This document shows positions 7,527 through 16,152 of a stretch of 64,000 nt of DNA, one piece after another; within the stretch, counting starts at the first letter, position 1; every line of letters starts with the position of its first letter. Source of the DNA: Elusimicrobiota bacterium (GTDB lineage: Bacteria; Elusimicrobiota; Elusimicrobia; UBA1565; UBA9628); assembly GCA_016212795.1 (NCBI GenBank), contig JACRDT010000015.1, forward strand, positions 132,770-196,769. Reading direction: 5' to 3'. The position numbers and the translations under genes were made by a program. The notes beneath the pieces were generated by a model. It did no database searches. It worked only from the letters and a program-made list of their open reading frames with translations, and was not told the origin of the DNA.

Positions 7527-9914
7527 ATGGAAGACGCCGGCGCAACAGGCCCGGACTGGCGCGCGCTGGACCGGATCGCGGATTACTTCGCCACCTCCCA
7601 GTACGACCTGGCCGACATCTACAACCACATCCTCTTCGAGAGCGGGGGCTCCCTCTGGACCGCCGAGCAGGTGCGCTCGGAGTGGGCGGCCGCGGCGGAG
7701 GGCGAAGGGACCCCGCCCAACGTCAACCTCTACCCCTACATCCCCTTCTGCCGCCGGCGCTGCGGCTTCTGCGGGGACCCGATCGTGATCGTCCGCGACG
7801 GCGCCGAACTCGAGGCCTACCTGGCCAGGCTCATCGCTGAGCTGGAGTTCATGTCCCCCGCGTTCCAGCGGCTGCCCGTGACAGCCGCCTGGCTCGGCGG
7901 CGGCACCCCCACCCTGCTGGACGCCGCCCAGCTCGAGCGCCTGCTCTCCACGGTGCGCTCCCGGTTCCTCTTCCCCGAAGGCGCCGAGATGACCCTCGAG
8001 TGCCACCCCGCGAGCCTCGCCGAGGACAAGCTCAAGACGGCCAGGCTGCACGGCGTCAGCCGCATCAGCCTGGGGGTCCAGACCCTGGACCCGGCGACCC
8101 TGCGCTCCATCAACCGGGCCGACCAGTCCGAGGCGGAGGTCCTGCGCCACATCCGGCAAGCGCGCGCCCTGGGCTTCCCGCACGGGATCAACGTCGACAT
8201 GATCATGGGCCTGCCTGGCGAGAGCCCGGAGGCGTGCCTGCGCACGCTGCGGGTCCTCGCCGCCGAAGGCCCCGACGAGATCTCCGTCTTCACCATCACG
8301 CCCAGCGGCGCGAACTACGTGGGCAAGTTCTACGAAGGAGACGGCGCGGGCTTCGAGCGCCACGGCGCCCTGTACGCCGGCCTCAAGGAGCGGCTCTGCC
8401 AGGAGGCCGAAACGGCCGGCTACGCGCTGATGACCTCGGTGCCGGGCCGCGAATGGCACTTCATGCGCCGGGGCGGCGCCGCCGCGCGGCGCCATCCCGA
8501 GGCCGACGTCTTCGACTCCAACCTGTGCAACCGCCGCATCTTCCTGTTCGGGGTCGGGTCCCGGATGACCTCCATGGTGGGCGACCGGTTCGCCTACGGG
8601 GACATCACGTTCCCCGGGGACCCCTTCGACCCGTCGGCGCCCATGCACAAGGGCACCCGCCTGACGCCGCGGCTGAGGATGCTCCAGTTCCTCTTCCACC
8701 GCCTCCGGACGGACGGCGCCGTCGACGGCGCCGAGTTCCGCGCGCAGTTCCAAGAGGGCCTCCTGGACGCCTTCCCGGAGGTCGTGCAAGCCCTGGCGGA
8801 CCGCGGCCGGGCGAGCCTCGAGGGCGACAGGCTCGCGCTCTCCCGGCGGGACGCGCGCGAGACTTTCCTGTCCGGCATCGCCTTCCTGGACCAGGCGACG
8901 GTCTCGGACGTGCTCCGCTCGAAGAGCATCGCCATCCCTTCCCTGGCGTCCGCCCGCCCTCGGCCGATCGACAAGCCCCTGCCCTCCCCGGGACCCGAGC
9001 CGGAGGAACCCTCCGTGCCGGTGGGCCTGACCGCCGACGGCGTCCTGCTGCCGGGGGCCAACGGCTTCGAGCGGGTCTCCGACGAGGCGGCGCTCGAGCG
9101 CCTCGCCGGGGCCGGCCAGCCCTCCCGGCCGGGCGTGCTCTTCTGCCTCGAGACCCTCCCGGCGGCGCGGTTCCTGGAGTGGGGCCGGCGCCTGCGCGCG
9201 GCCGGCGCGTCGGGCTGGGCGGCGCACCTGGACGGCGTCCTCGACGACGGCGAGGAGGCCGCCGAGGTCTTCGACGAGCTGCGCCTCACGGTGCTCTCGC
9301 TGGACCCGGACCGGCAGGACGCCCTCGACAGGCAGCCGCAGAGCTTCCGCAGGAAGCTCCGGCTGCTCGGGCGCCTGCAGTCGCTGAAGGTCGAGGCGCC
9401 CTCCTTCCGGCTGGCCGTGGACGTCCCCCTCCTGCGGGCCAACTACCGCGACATGCTCGCCATGGCCGTCTCCCTCAAAGGCCTCGGGGCCGACGAGGTC
9501 GCCATCCATTGCCCGGACTTCCGCCTCGGCCAGGCCGCCGGGGAGCCGGACGCCGCGCCCACCTTCAGGGAAGCGATGCCCTTCCTCCTGAGGCTGCTCC
9601 TCAAGAACGCCGCCGGCCCGAAGACGACCCTGCGGCTGTGCGGCTTCGCCCCCTGCTGCTTCCGGCTCCTGCGCAACTCGGTCTCGGACAAGCTCATCGA
9701 GCATCTCGCCGGCAAGCACCTCTGCGCCTCGGCCGCGAGCCTGCCGGCCCGCCTCGCCCTCAAGAGCTCGGCCTTCGACGGGGCGCCCTGGCCCCCGGGC
9801 CGCATGAAGATCCCGGCGTGCTCGCCCTGCCGCTACGCGTCGACCTGCCAGGGCTTGTGGCGCAACTACGCGCTCCTGCACGGCACGCAGGAGATGTGCG
9901 CCATCACCGCCTGA
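7527..9914 (+). CDS. HemN-like radical SAM enzyme fused to a second, Cys-cluster-poor barrel with SPASM/twitch-like Cys-rich C-terminus
   Basis: LYPYIPFCRRRCGFCG (CxxxCxxC) and LGGGTPTLL as in the HemN/HemZ family. C-terminus: CGFAPCC...HLC...IPACSPCRYASTCQG. Confidence 0.7.
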   Translation: MEDAGATGPDWRALDRIADYFATSQYDLADIYNHILFESGGSLWTAEQVRSEWAAAAEGEGTPPNVNLYPYIPFCRRRCGFCGDPIVIVRDGAELEAYLARLIAELEFMSPAFQRLPVTAAWLGGGTPTLLDAAQLERLLSTVRSRFLFPEGAEMTLECHPASLAEDKLKTARLHGVSRISLGVQTLDPATLRSINRADQSEAEVLRHIRQARALGFPHGINVDMIMGLPGESPEACLRTLRVLAAEGPDEISVFTITPSGANYVGKFYEGDGAGFERHGALYAGLKERLCQEAETAGYALMTSVPGREWHFMRRGGAAARRHPEADVFDSNLCNRRIFLFGVGSRMTSMVGDRFAYGDITFPGDPFDPSAPMHKGTRLTPRLRMLQFLFHRLRTDGAVDGAEFRAQFQEGLLDAFPEVVQALADRGRASLEGDRLALSRRDARETFLSGIAFLDQATVSDVLRSKSIAIPSLASARPRPIDKPLPSPGPEPEEPSVPVGLTADGVLLPGANGFERVSDEAALERLAGAGQPSRPGVLFCLETLPAARFLEWGRRLRAAGASGWAAHLDGVLDDGEEAAEVFDELRLTVLSLDPDRQDALDRQPQSFRRKLRLLGRLQSLKVEAPSFRLAVDVPLLRANYRDMLAMAVSLKGLGADEVAIHCPDFRLGQAAGEPDAAPTFREAMPFLLRLLLKNAAGPKTTLRLCGFAPCCFRLLRNSVSDKLIEHLAGKHLCASAASLPARLALKSSAFDGAPWPPGRMKIPACSPCRYASTCQGLWRNYALLHGTQEMCAITA

Positions 9915-9983
9915 CCGGCATGAAGAGCCCCTGGTCGCAGTACCTCTTCATCAAGGCCTGCCGGTTCGCCGCCTGCAAGGCGT

Positions 9984-11309
9984 TCACTTGACGTCGCGGA
10001 CCGGACGCAGCCCGAGGTAGCGGATGTGCTCGGCGAGGCCGCTGCCCGCCCGGAACATGACGTCGAGCTCCACGGCGCGGCTCTCCGCGGCGCCGCCCCG
10101 GATGACCCGCACGGTCCCGGGAGGGTCCTCCCAGGCGCGGCTGTCCGCCGGGGCGCCCCTGTACGAGTCGTGGTACCAATCCTGGACCCATTCCCAGGCG
10201 TTGCCCGCCATGTCGCAGAGCCCCTGCTCCGTGTGGCCCTTGGGCTTCGAGCACACGGGCATGGTGGCCCCCGTCCCGCAGCCGTCGCCGGCCTGGCCGG
10301 CGTCGTCCTCCTCGCCGCCGCCCTCCTCGCCGGGGCCGTCGCCGTGGCGCATCACCGCGTAGGCGCACGTCGGCGCGGCGTTCCCCCACGGGAACCGGCG
10401 CTCCGCCCCGCCGCCGCGCGCCGCGTACTCCCACTCCGTCTCGCTGGGCAGCCTGCCGCCGGCCCAGGCCGCGAACGCGCGCGCCTGGTCCCAGGTCAGG
10501 CAGACCGCCGGGTGGCTGTCGTCCTCCTCGGCGGACCATTGGCAGAACGCGGCCGAGCAGACGCCGGCGTCCATGCAGGCGCCGTATTGGGCCCTCGTGA
10601 CCTCGTGCTTGGCGATCTCGAACGTCTTGACCTGGGCGAAATGGTGGGCTCCCATCCTGAAGGAACCGCCGGGGATGGCCACCCAGGTGATTTTCGTCGG
10701 CGACTTCCTCTCCTTCTTGGCCGCCGGCGCGGCCTGGGTCTTGGGCCCCGGCGCGGGGGCGGGCATGAGGGTCACCCCCGCCGCGAGCCGCGGTTGTTGC
10801 CGGGCGGGCTGGGGCGCGGCCTGGCTCTTCGGCGCGGGGACCGGAGGCCGGGCGTCATGCGCGGCGGACGGGGGCGCGGCCTGGACCTTGGGCGAGGCCC
10901 CGCGCTCCTCCGGGAGGGCCCGGGCAGCCGGGAAGAGGGGCACGGGAGCGGCCGCCCTCCGGCCCGGCGGCAAGGACAGGACCGGCGCGTCCGAGCCCGC
11001 CGCCAGGTTGGTCCCGATGGCCCGGTGCCGGGTCCGGAGGCGCAGCGCCAGGGAGATCACGCCGGCCAAGACGCACAGGAGCGCGAGGCCGGCGATGACG
11101 ATGAGGAGCTGGCGCGTCACCCGCTCGGACGCGATCGCGGCGAAGGAGACGCGGGGGAAGGCCGGGGCCGAGTCCTCCACGGGCTCCGGGGCGACGAGCC
11201 TCATCGCGCACACGCCGCAGAGCCTGGCGGCGGCGCGGTTGACGTAGCCGCAGACGGGGCAGCCCGCGGGCGGCGGCGGGCGCTTGGGGACGCTCGCGGT
11301 GGCGCTCAC
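9984..11309 (-). CDS. zinc-ribbon / TM / Pro-rich / FGE-sulfatase-domain protein (lacks the FGE catalytic Cys pair)
   Basis: GTG 11309 overlaps the kinase TGA (GTGA). CPVCGYVNRAAARLCGVCAMRL. TM LLIVIAGLALLCVLAGVISLAL. FGE-fold motifs WVAIPGGSFRMG, GGRLPSETEWEYAARGG, CDMAGNAWEWVQDWY, RVIRGG. Confidence 0.75.
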   Translation of the reverse strand: MSATASVPKRPPPPAGCPVCGYVNRAAARLCGVCAMRLVAPEPVEDSAPAFPRVSFAAIASERVTRQLLIVIAGLALLCVLAGVISLALRLRTRHRAIGTNLAAGSDAPVLSLPPGRRAAAPVPLFPAARALPEERGASPKVQAAPPSAAHDARPPVPAPKSQAAPQPARQQPRLAAGVTLMPAPAPGPKTQAAPAAKKERKSPTKITWVAIPGGSFRMGAHHFAQVKTFEIAKHEVTRAQYGACMDAGVCSAAFCQWSAEEDDSHPAVCLTWDQARAFAAWAGGRLPSETEWEYAARGGGAERRFPWGNAAPTCAYAVMRHGDGPGEEGGGEEDDAGQAGDGCGTGATMPVCSKPKGHTEQGLCDMAGNAWEWVQDWYHDSYRGAPADSRAWEDPPGTVRVIRGGAAESRAVELDVMFRAGSGLAEHIRYLGLRPVRDVK

Positions 11310-13054
11310 AGGGAGCCGAGCCTCTGCAGGAACTCCGCCGGAGAGCGGAACCTGTACTTGTGGTTCGGCTCGAGCGCCGTCGCGATCATGTCGTCGACCG
11401 CGGGAGGGAACCCCATGAGCTTGCGGCCGGAAGCGGCGCGCCGGCGCTGCTCCTTCTGAGCCACGAAATCCGGGCCGGGGAACATCATCTCCCCGGTCAG
11501 CATCTCGTAGAGGCAGGCCCCCAGCGAGAACACGTCGGAGGCGGGCACGGCCTCGCCGTGGTGCTGCTCGGGCGCCATGTACGCCCACGCCCGCGAGGGC
11601 CCGGCGCCCGTCAGGCGGACGAGCGCGTCCTTGGCGGCCCGCGCCAGGGCGAAATCCGTCACCTTGACGACGCCGTCCGCCCCCACCATCACGTTCGACG
11701 GGTTGAGCCCGAGATGGAGCACCTTGCCGCCGTGCGCGAACTCCAGGGCCTCGCACACCGGGGCGAGGAGTCGCTTGCAGTCCGCGAGCGGCAGCCTCCA
11801 GCTCTCGGCCAGGACGGCGGCCAGGGGCTTGCCGCCGAAGAACTCGTACACGAGGAAGAGGTCCCCCCCAGCCTCCACGACGTCGCAGAGGCGCACGATG
11901 CCAGGGTGCTCCAGCTGGGCGATGGCCCTGGCCGAGGATTGGAAGCGGTCGGACTCCCGAGGCTCGGACCGGATCTCCCGGCGCAGCCTCTTGACCGCGA
12001 CCTTGCGGTTCGCGTCGCGGTCGAAGCCGTCGATGACCACCCCGATGCTGCCTTCGGCGATGACCCCGCGCAAGTCGTATCGTTTCGCGATGGTCGGCGG
12101 CAGGGAGATGGGGGCGGGGGCCGGCGCCGGGGCGGCGTCCGCCGACGGGGAGCCGGGCGCCGGCGCCGAGACCGCCCGGAGCGCGGCCAGCCTCTCGCCG
12201 GCGTCCCGGTAGGACACCTTGGCGGCCGCGAACTTCCCGTAGACGCTCTCGGCCGTCGCCAGGTCGCCGGCTTTCTCGCAGGCCGCGGCGAACCGGTAGT
12301 GGAGGTCGGGGTCGGTCTTGACCGGCCTCAGGTCGTCGATGCGCCCGTAGAGCGCCTTGGCGCGCTCCATCCGCCCCGCTCCCACGAACAGCTTGAAGAC
12401 CAGGAGGAGGTCCTCCACCTGGCACTCGGCCGCGGGGATGGCGTCCCAGGCGGCGGTGGCCTCGTCGAGCCGCCCGTCCACGACGAACGCGCGGAACGCC
12501 AGCCGGCGGCAGCCCGGGGCCGACGCCTCGCACCGCGCCAGCAGGAGCAGGCACGGCTTCGGCTTGCCCGTGTCCAGCAGCGCGCGCGCCATGGGCAGGA
12601 GGAAGTCCGACCCGAGCCTCATCCAGCCGTCCAGGCAGACCTCGAGCTGGCCGACGCTCTGGGCGAACCGGACCACCTCCTCATGGCCGCGCGGCCCCGC
12701 GCACAACGAGCGCAGGGGCTCCTCCTCGGTCAGGAACCGGATGGGCTCGCCCATCTGCCCGGCGGCCGCGAAGCACTTGAGGATGCCCAGGACCTGGGCG
12801 GGATCGCATTTCCCAGGCCAGGGCAGGAGGGTGTCCTTCTTGCCGGTGCCGGCGTACGCGGCGTGGATCCACTCCGGGGGGATCCGCCGGATGACGTCCG
12901 TCGCCATGAGCCGCTCGAAGGCGACCTGGATCCTGTGCAGGTCGACGGCGAATTCCCCGGACCCGCCCCGGCCGGCCTGCCAGTCCAGCGGCCGGCCGCA
13001 CTGGTCGCAATAGACGAGCCCGGGCACCTGCGCCAAGCACTCGCGGCAGACCAT
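11306..13054 (-). CDS. zinc-ribbon + helical-repeat + Ser/Thr-kinase-like domain protein, predicted pseudokinase
   Basis: N-terminus MVCRECLAQVPGLVYCDQCGRPL. Kinase fold: GSIGVV, VAVKRL, YMAPEQ. The catalytic loop reads HLGLNPSN (canonical HRDLKPxN) and DFG reads DFA. Confidence 0.75.
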   Translation of the reverse strand: MVCRECLAQVPGLVYCDQCGRPLDWQAGRGGSGEFAVDLHRIQVAFERLMATDVIRRIPPEWIHAAYAGTGKKDTLLPWPGKCDPAQVLGILKCFAAAGQMGEPIRFLTEEEPLRSLCAGPRGHEEVVRFAQSVGQLEVCLDGWMRLGSDFLLPMARALLDTGKPKPCLLLLARCEASAPGCRRLAFRAFVVDGRLDEATAAWDAIPAAECQVEDLLLVFKLFVGAGRMERAKALYGRIDDLRPVKTDPDLHYRFAAACEKAGDLATAESVYGKFAAAKVSYRDAGERLAALRAVSAPAPGSPSADAAPAPAPAPISLPPTIAKRYDLRGVIAEGSIGVVIDGFDRDANRKVAVKRLRREIRSEPRESDRFQSSARAIAQLEHPGIVRLCDVVEAGGDLFLVYEFFGGKPLAAVLAESWRLPLADCKRLLAPVCEALEFAHGGKVLHLGLNPSNVMVGADGVVKVTDFALARAAKDALVRLTGAGPSRAWAYMAPEQHHGEAVPASDVFSLGACLYEMLTGEMMFPGPDFVAQKEQRRRAASGRKLMGFPPAVDDMIATALEPNHKYRFRSPAEFLQRLGSL

Positions 13055-13063
13055 GGCCCCCCA

Positions 13064-13072
13064 ATGATAGCA
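13064..13072 (-). promoter_or_regulatory. extended -10 TGCTATCAT, 9 nt upstream of ATG 13054
   Basis: Minus strand reads TGCTATCAT-TGGGGGGCC-ATG. Confidence 0.45.
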
Positions 13073-13095
13073 GGTTTTCGCCGCCCACGGCTCGC

Positions 13096-13108
13096 GGGGG
13101 GGGGGGGG
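13096..13108 (-). repeat. 13-nt homopolymer (G13 on +, C13 on the coding strand of flanking genes)
   Basis: Counted from the sequence. It lies between the ptb-like stop (13113) and the promoter/start of the pseudokinase gene. Confidence 0.9.
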
Positions 13109-13112
13109 CGGG

Positions 13113-14042
13113 TCAGGCCGGCAGGGTCCGGCCCTTCATGAAGGACGCCAGCGCGATGGAGAGCATCTTGGTCCTCGGCTCGTCGGCCCTCGACGGCAGG
13201 ATGACCGGCAGCCTGGCGCCGGCCACGATCGCCGCCGAGGCGAAGCCGTCGGCGAAGAACGAGATGGCCTTGTAGACCGCGTTGGCCGCGTCGAGGTCCG
13301 GGAGGACGGCGATGTCCGCGTCTCCGGGAACGAGCCCGCCCTTCACGCCCTTCTCGTCGGCGAGCCTGCGGGAGAAGGCGATGTAGAGGTCGTAGGGCCC
13401 CTCGACCACGGCGTTCCCGATGCGGCCGTCCCGGCTCATGGCCGCCAGCGCCGCGGCGTCCTCGGTGCTGGGGATGCCGGGGTTGACCTTCTCGATGGGG
13501 CAGATCACCGCGACCTTGGGGGTCGCCACGCCAAGCCTGCGCATCACGCCGACGGCGTTCCTGACGATGAGCCGCTTCTCCTCGAGGCTCGGGGCGATCA
13601 TGATGGCGGCGTCGCTCAGGGCGAAGAGCTTGTGGTAGCGGGCCGTCTGGAACAGGACGACATGGCTCAGGGCCGCCCCCTCGTCCACCAGCCCGGACTC
13701 CCGCCTCATGATCGACTTGAGGAAGGACTTGGTGTCCACCATGCCTTTCACCAGGAAATCCCCCCCGCCGTCCTTGATGAGGCCGGCCGCCAGGTCGCAC
13801 ATCCTGGAGACCTCCGTCTCCTGGAAGAGCTGGAACCGGCCGAGGCCCAGGCCCACCCGGGCGGCCAGCGCCTCGACCTCCTTCTTGTCTCCGACGAGCG
13901 CGCCCCCCGACAGCAGGCCGGCCTCGTCGCTCATCTTGAGGGCCTCGAGGACCTCCGCGCTGGCCGCGCCCGGCACCACGACGCGGTTGGGCTTGCCCCT
14001 CACCAGCTTCACCAGCTCCGAGAAGTCCTTGAACTCCATCAT
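13113..14042 (-). CDS. phosphate butyryl/acetyltransferase family protein (PTA_PTB)
   Basis: MMEFKDFSELVKLVRGKPNRVVVPGA...FLVKGMVDT...SDAAIMIAP...GPYDLYIAFS...AANAVYKA pattern. Start moved to ATG 14042, behind a GAGGGGGG SD. Confidence 0.75.
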   Translation of the reverse strand: MMEFKDFSELVKLVRGKPNRVVVPGAASAEVLEALKMSDEAGLLSGGALVGDKKEVEALAARVGLGLGRFQLFQETEVSRMCDLAAGLIKDGGGDFLVKGMVDTKSFLKSIMRRESGLVDEGAALSHVVLFQTARYHKLFALSDAAIMIAPSLEEKRLIVRNAVGVMRRLGVATPKVAVICPIEKVNPGIPSTEDAAALAAMSRDGRIGNAVVEGPYDLYIAFSRRLADEKGVKGGLVPGDADIAVLPDLDAANAVYKAISFFADGFASAAIVAGARLPVILPSRADEPRTKMLSIALASFMKGRTLPA

Positions 14043-14112
14043 CCCCCCTCGCCGCGCGTCCGCCCGCGGCTCGTCCTGCGAGGAGACATGCAATGCTCCG
14101 GCCAGCGGGGTA

Positions 14113-14121
14113 TGCTACAAT
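14113..14121 (+). promoter_or_regulatory. extended -10 TGCTACAAT for the M20 peptidase gene (leadered)
   Basis: TGnTACAAT. AGGAGA SD at 14175..14180, 5 nt before ATG 14186. Confidence 0.45.
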
Positions 14122-14185
14122 GGGCGCTGCCGCCCTCCTTGGCGCGCGGACGGCCGGGCCCATGGCCCTTCAACAGGAGACAGCG

Positions 14186-15418
14186 ATGAAGCAGCACATC
14201 CTCCGCAGCATCCAGTCCTATCGAGACTACGCCGTCGAGCTCCAGCGCGGCTTGACCGCCATCCCGGCCATCGCCCCGTCCAGCGGCGGGGAGGGCGAAT
14301 ACGACAAGGCCGTCTGGCTCGAAAAAGAGCTGCGCAAGCTGAAATTCGACAGCGTGACGCGCTACGACGCCCCGGACAAGAAGGCCAAGAAAGGGGTGCG
14401 GCCCAACATCGTCGCTCGCTACAAGGGGCAAAGCTCCAGGAAGACGCTCTGGCTCATGTCGCACCTCGACATCGTCCCGCCGGGCGAGCGCAAGCTCTGG
14501 AAGACCGACCCCTACGTCATGCACGTCCGGGGCGGCGCGCTCTACGGCAGGGGCGTCGAGGACAACCAGCAGGCCGTCGTGTCGAGCATCCTGGTGGCCC
14601 GCGCCTTCATGGACTCGGGCGCCCGGCCCCCCATCGACCTGGCGCTCCTCTTCGTCGCGGACGAGGAGGTGGGCAGCGGCTACGGGGCCGACTTCCTCAC
14701 GAGCAGGCACAGGAACCTCTTCGGCAAGGACGACATGTTCCTCGTCCCGGACGGCGGCAACAAGCAGGGGACCCTGGTCGAGGTCGCCGAGAAATCGATC
14801 TGGTGGCAGAAGGTCACGACCCACGGGGCCCAGTGCCACGCCTCCATGCCGGAGGCCGGCCGCAACGCCTTCCGGGCCTCCTGCGACCTGGTCACGCGGC
14901 TGGGCGGGCTCTACAAGAAGTTCGCCCTCAAGGACCCGCTCTACCGGCCCTCCTACTCCACCTTCGAGCCCACCAAGAAGGAGCCCAACGTCCCGAACAT
15001 CAACACCATCCCCGGGGAGGACGTCTTCTACCTGGACTCCCGCGTCCTGCCCCAGTACAAGCTCGCCGACATCGCCAGGGAGCTGCGCCGGGTCGCCGAC
15101 GCCGTCGAGCGCGACCACAAGGTGACGATCTCCTTCGAGGACGTCCAGCGCGGCGACGCCGCCCCCCCCACCCGGCCGGACGCCGGGATCGTCCTGGCGC
15201 TCATCGACTCCATCAGGGAGGTCCACGGCATCCGGCCCAAGCCCCAGGGCATCGGCGGCGGGACCGTGGCGGCGTTCCTGCGGCGGCTGAACCTGCCGGC
15301 CGTGGTCTACTCCAAGATCGACGAGACCGCCCACCAGCCCAACGAGCGCTGCACGCTGGACTTCCTCATCGGCGACGCCAAGGTCTTCGCCCTGACCCTG
15401 CTGAACTCCCGGCCTTGA
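14186..15418 (+). CDS. M20-family metallopeptidase/deacylase (ArgE/DapE-like)
   Basis: LWLMSHLDIVPPG, GRGVEDNQQ, FVADEEVGS motifs. Start chosen at the SD-preceded ATG inside ORF 14093..15418. Confidence 0.75.
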   Translation: MKQHILRSIQSYRDYAVELQRGLTAIPAIAPSSGGEGEYDKAVWLEKELRKLKFDSVTRYDAPDKKAKKGVRPNIVARYKGQSSRKTLWLMSHLDIVPPGERKLWKTDPYVMHVRGGALYGRGVEDNQQAVVSSILVARAFMDSGARPPIDLALLFVADEEVGSGYGADFLTSRHRNLFGKDDMFLVPDGGNKQGTLVEVAEKSIWWQKVTTHGAQCHASMPEAGRNAFRASCDLVTRLGGLYKKFALKDPLYRPSYSTFEPTKKEPNVPNINTIPGEDVFYLDSRVLPQYKLADIARELRRVADAVERDHKVTISFEDVQRGDAAPPTRPDAGIVLALIDSIREVHGIRPKPQGIGGGTVAAFLRRLNLPAVVYSKIDETAHQPNERCTLDFLIGDAKVFALTLLNSRP

Positions 15419-16152
15419 CACAGCTCGACGACTGGAGCTCGCCCGGGTTCGTCGCGCGCTACAACGGGCTCTACGGCATGAGCCCGGCAGAGGCCCTCGC
15501 CATCCTCGAGCCGCTCTCGCTCGGCCGGGGAGACCGCTTCGCGGACTACGGGTGCGGCAACGGCAGCTTCCTGGCCCTGGCCCGCCCTCTGGTGGCCGGC
15601 GCCGTCGGCGTGGATTCATCCCCCGAGCAGATCAAGCTGGCGCGGGAGAACCTCGCCGGGGTCCCCGGCGTCGAGCTCGTCGAGATGGACCTCCTGCGCT
15701 TCGCCCGGGACTGGACGGAGGCGGCCGGGTTCACCAAGGCCTTCAGCCGCAAGGCCCTCCACCACCTCGACGACGCGCGGAAGGGAAGCTTCTTCCAGGG
15801 CGCCTCCCGACAGCTCGACCGGGGGGCGCTCTTCCTCATCGAGGACGCCGTCTTCGATTTCGACAAGTCCGAGCTCGCCGCCCGGATGCCCCAGGTGGAA
15901 CGGGAAGCCCAGGCCTTCTTCGGGGACCTGTGGCCGCGCAAGCGCGCCGACGTGCTCCGGACCCTGGCCAACGAGTTCCCCACGGGCTGGCGCCAGTGGG
16001 AGGAGGCCCTGCGCCAGGGAGGCTTCGACATCGTGCGCCGCTGGCAGAAGACCTGCTTCTACGGCGCCATCCTGGCGAGGAATCACTCGCCCCCAGTCAC
16101 TCGCCCCCCCCACGGGGGGGCGAGTAGCGGGGGGGCATATTATGTTTTATAA
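15415..16152 (+). CDS. class I SAM-dependent methyltransferase
   Basis: FADYGCGNGSF SAM motif. TTG 15415 overlaps the upstream TGA (TTGA); the start is inferred. The last ~22 codons are encoded by the hairpin element at 16083..16152. Confidence 0.6.
   Translation: MTQLDDWSSPGFVARYNGLYGMSPAEALAILEPLSLGRGDRFADYGCGNGSFLALARPLVAGAVGVDSSPEQIKLARENLAGVPGVELVEMDLLRFARDWTEAAGFTKAFSRKALHHLDDARKGSFFQGASRQLDRGALFLIEDAVFDFDKSELAARMPQVEREAQAFFGDLWPRKRADVLRTLANEFPTGWRQWEEALRQGGFDIVRRWQKTCFYGAILARNHSPPVTRPPHGGASSGGAYYVL

Noticed and set aside
7518-9881. 787-aa minus-strand ORF
   Set aside because: Antisense shadow of the HemN-like radical SAM gene. Low-complexity RGEAP-type composition.
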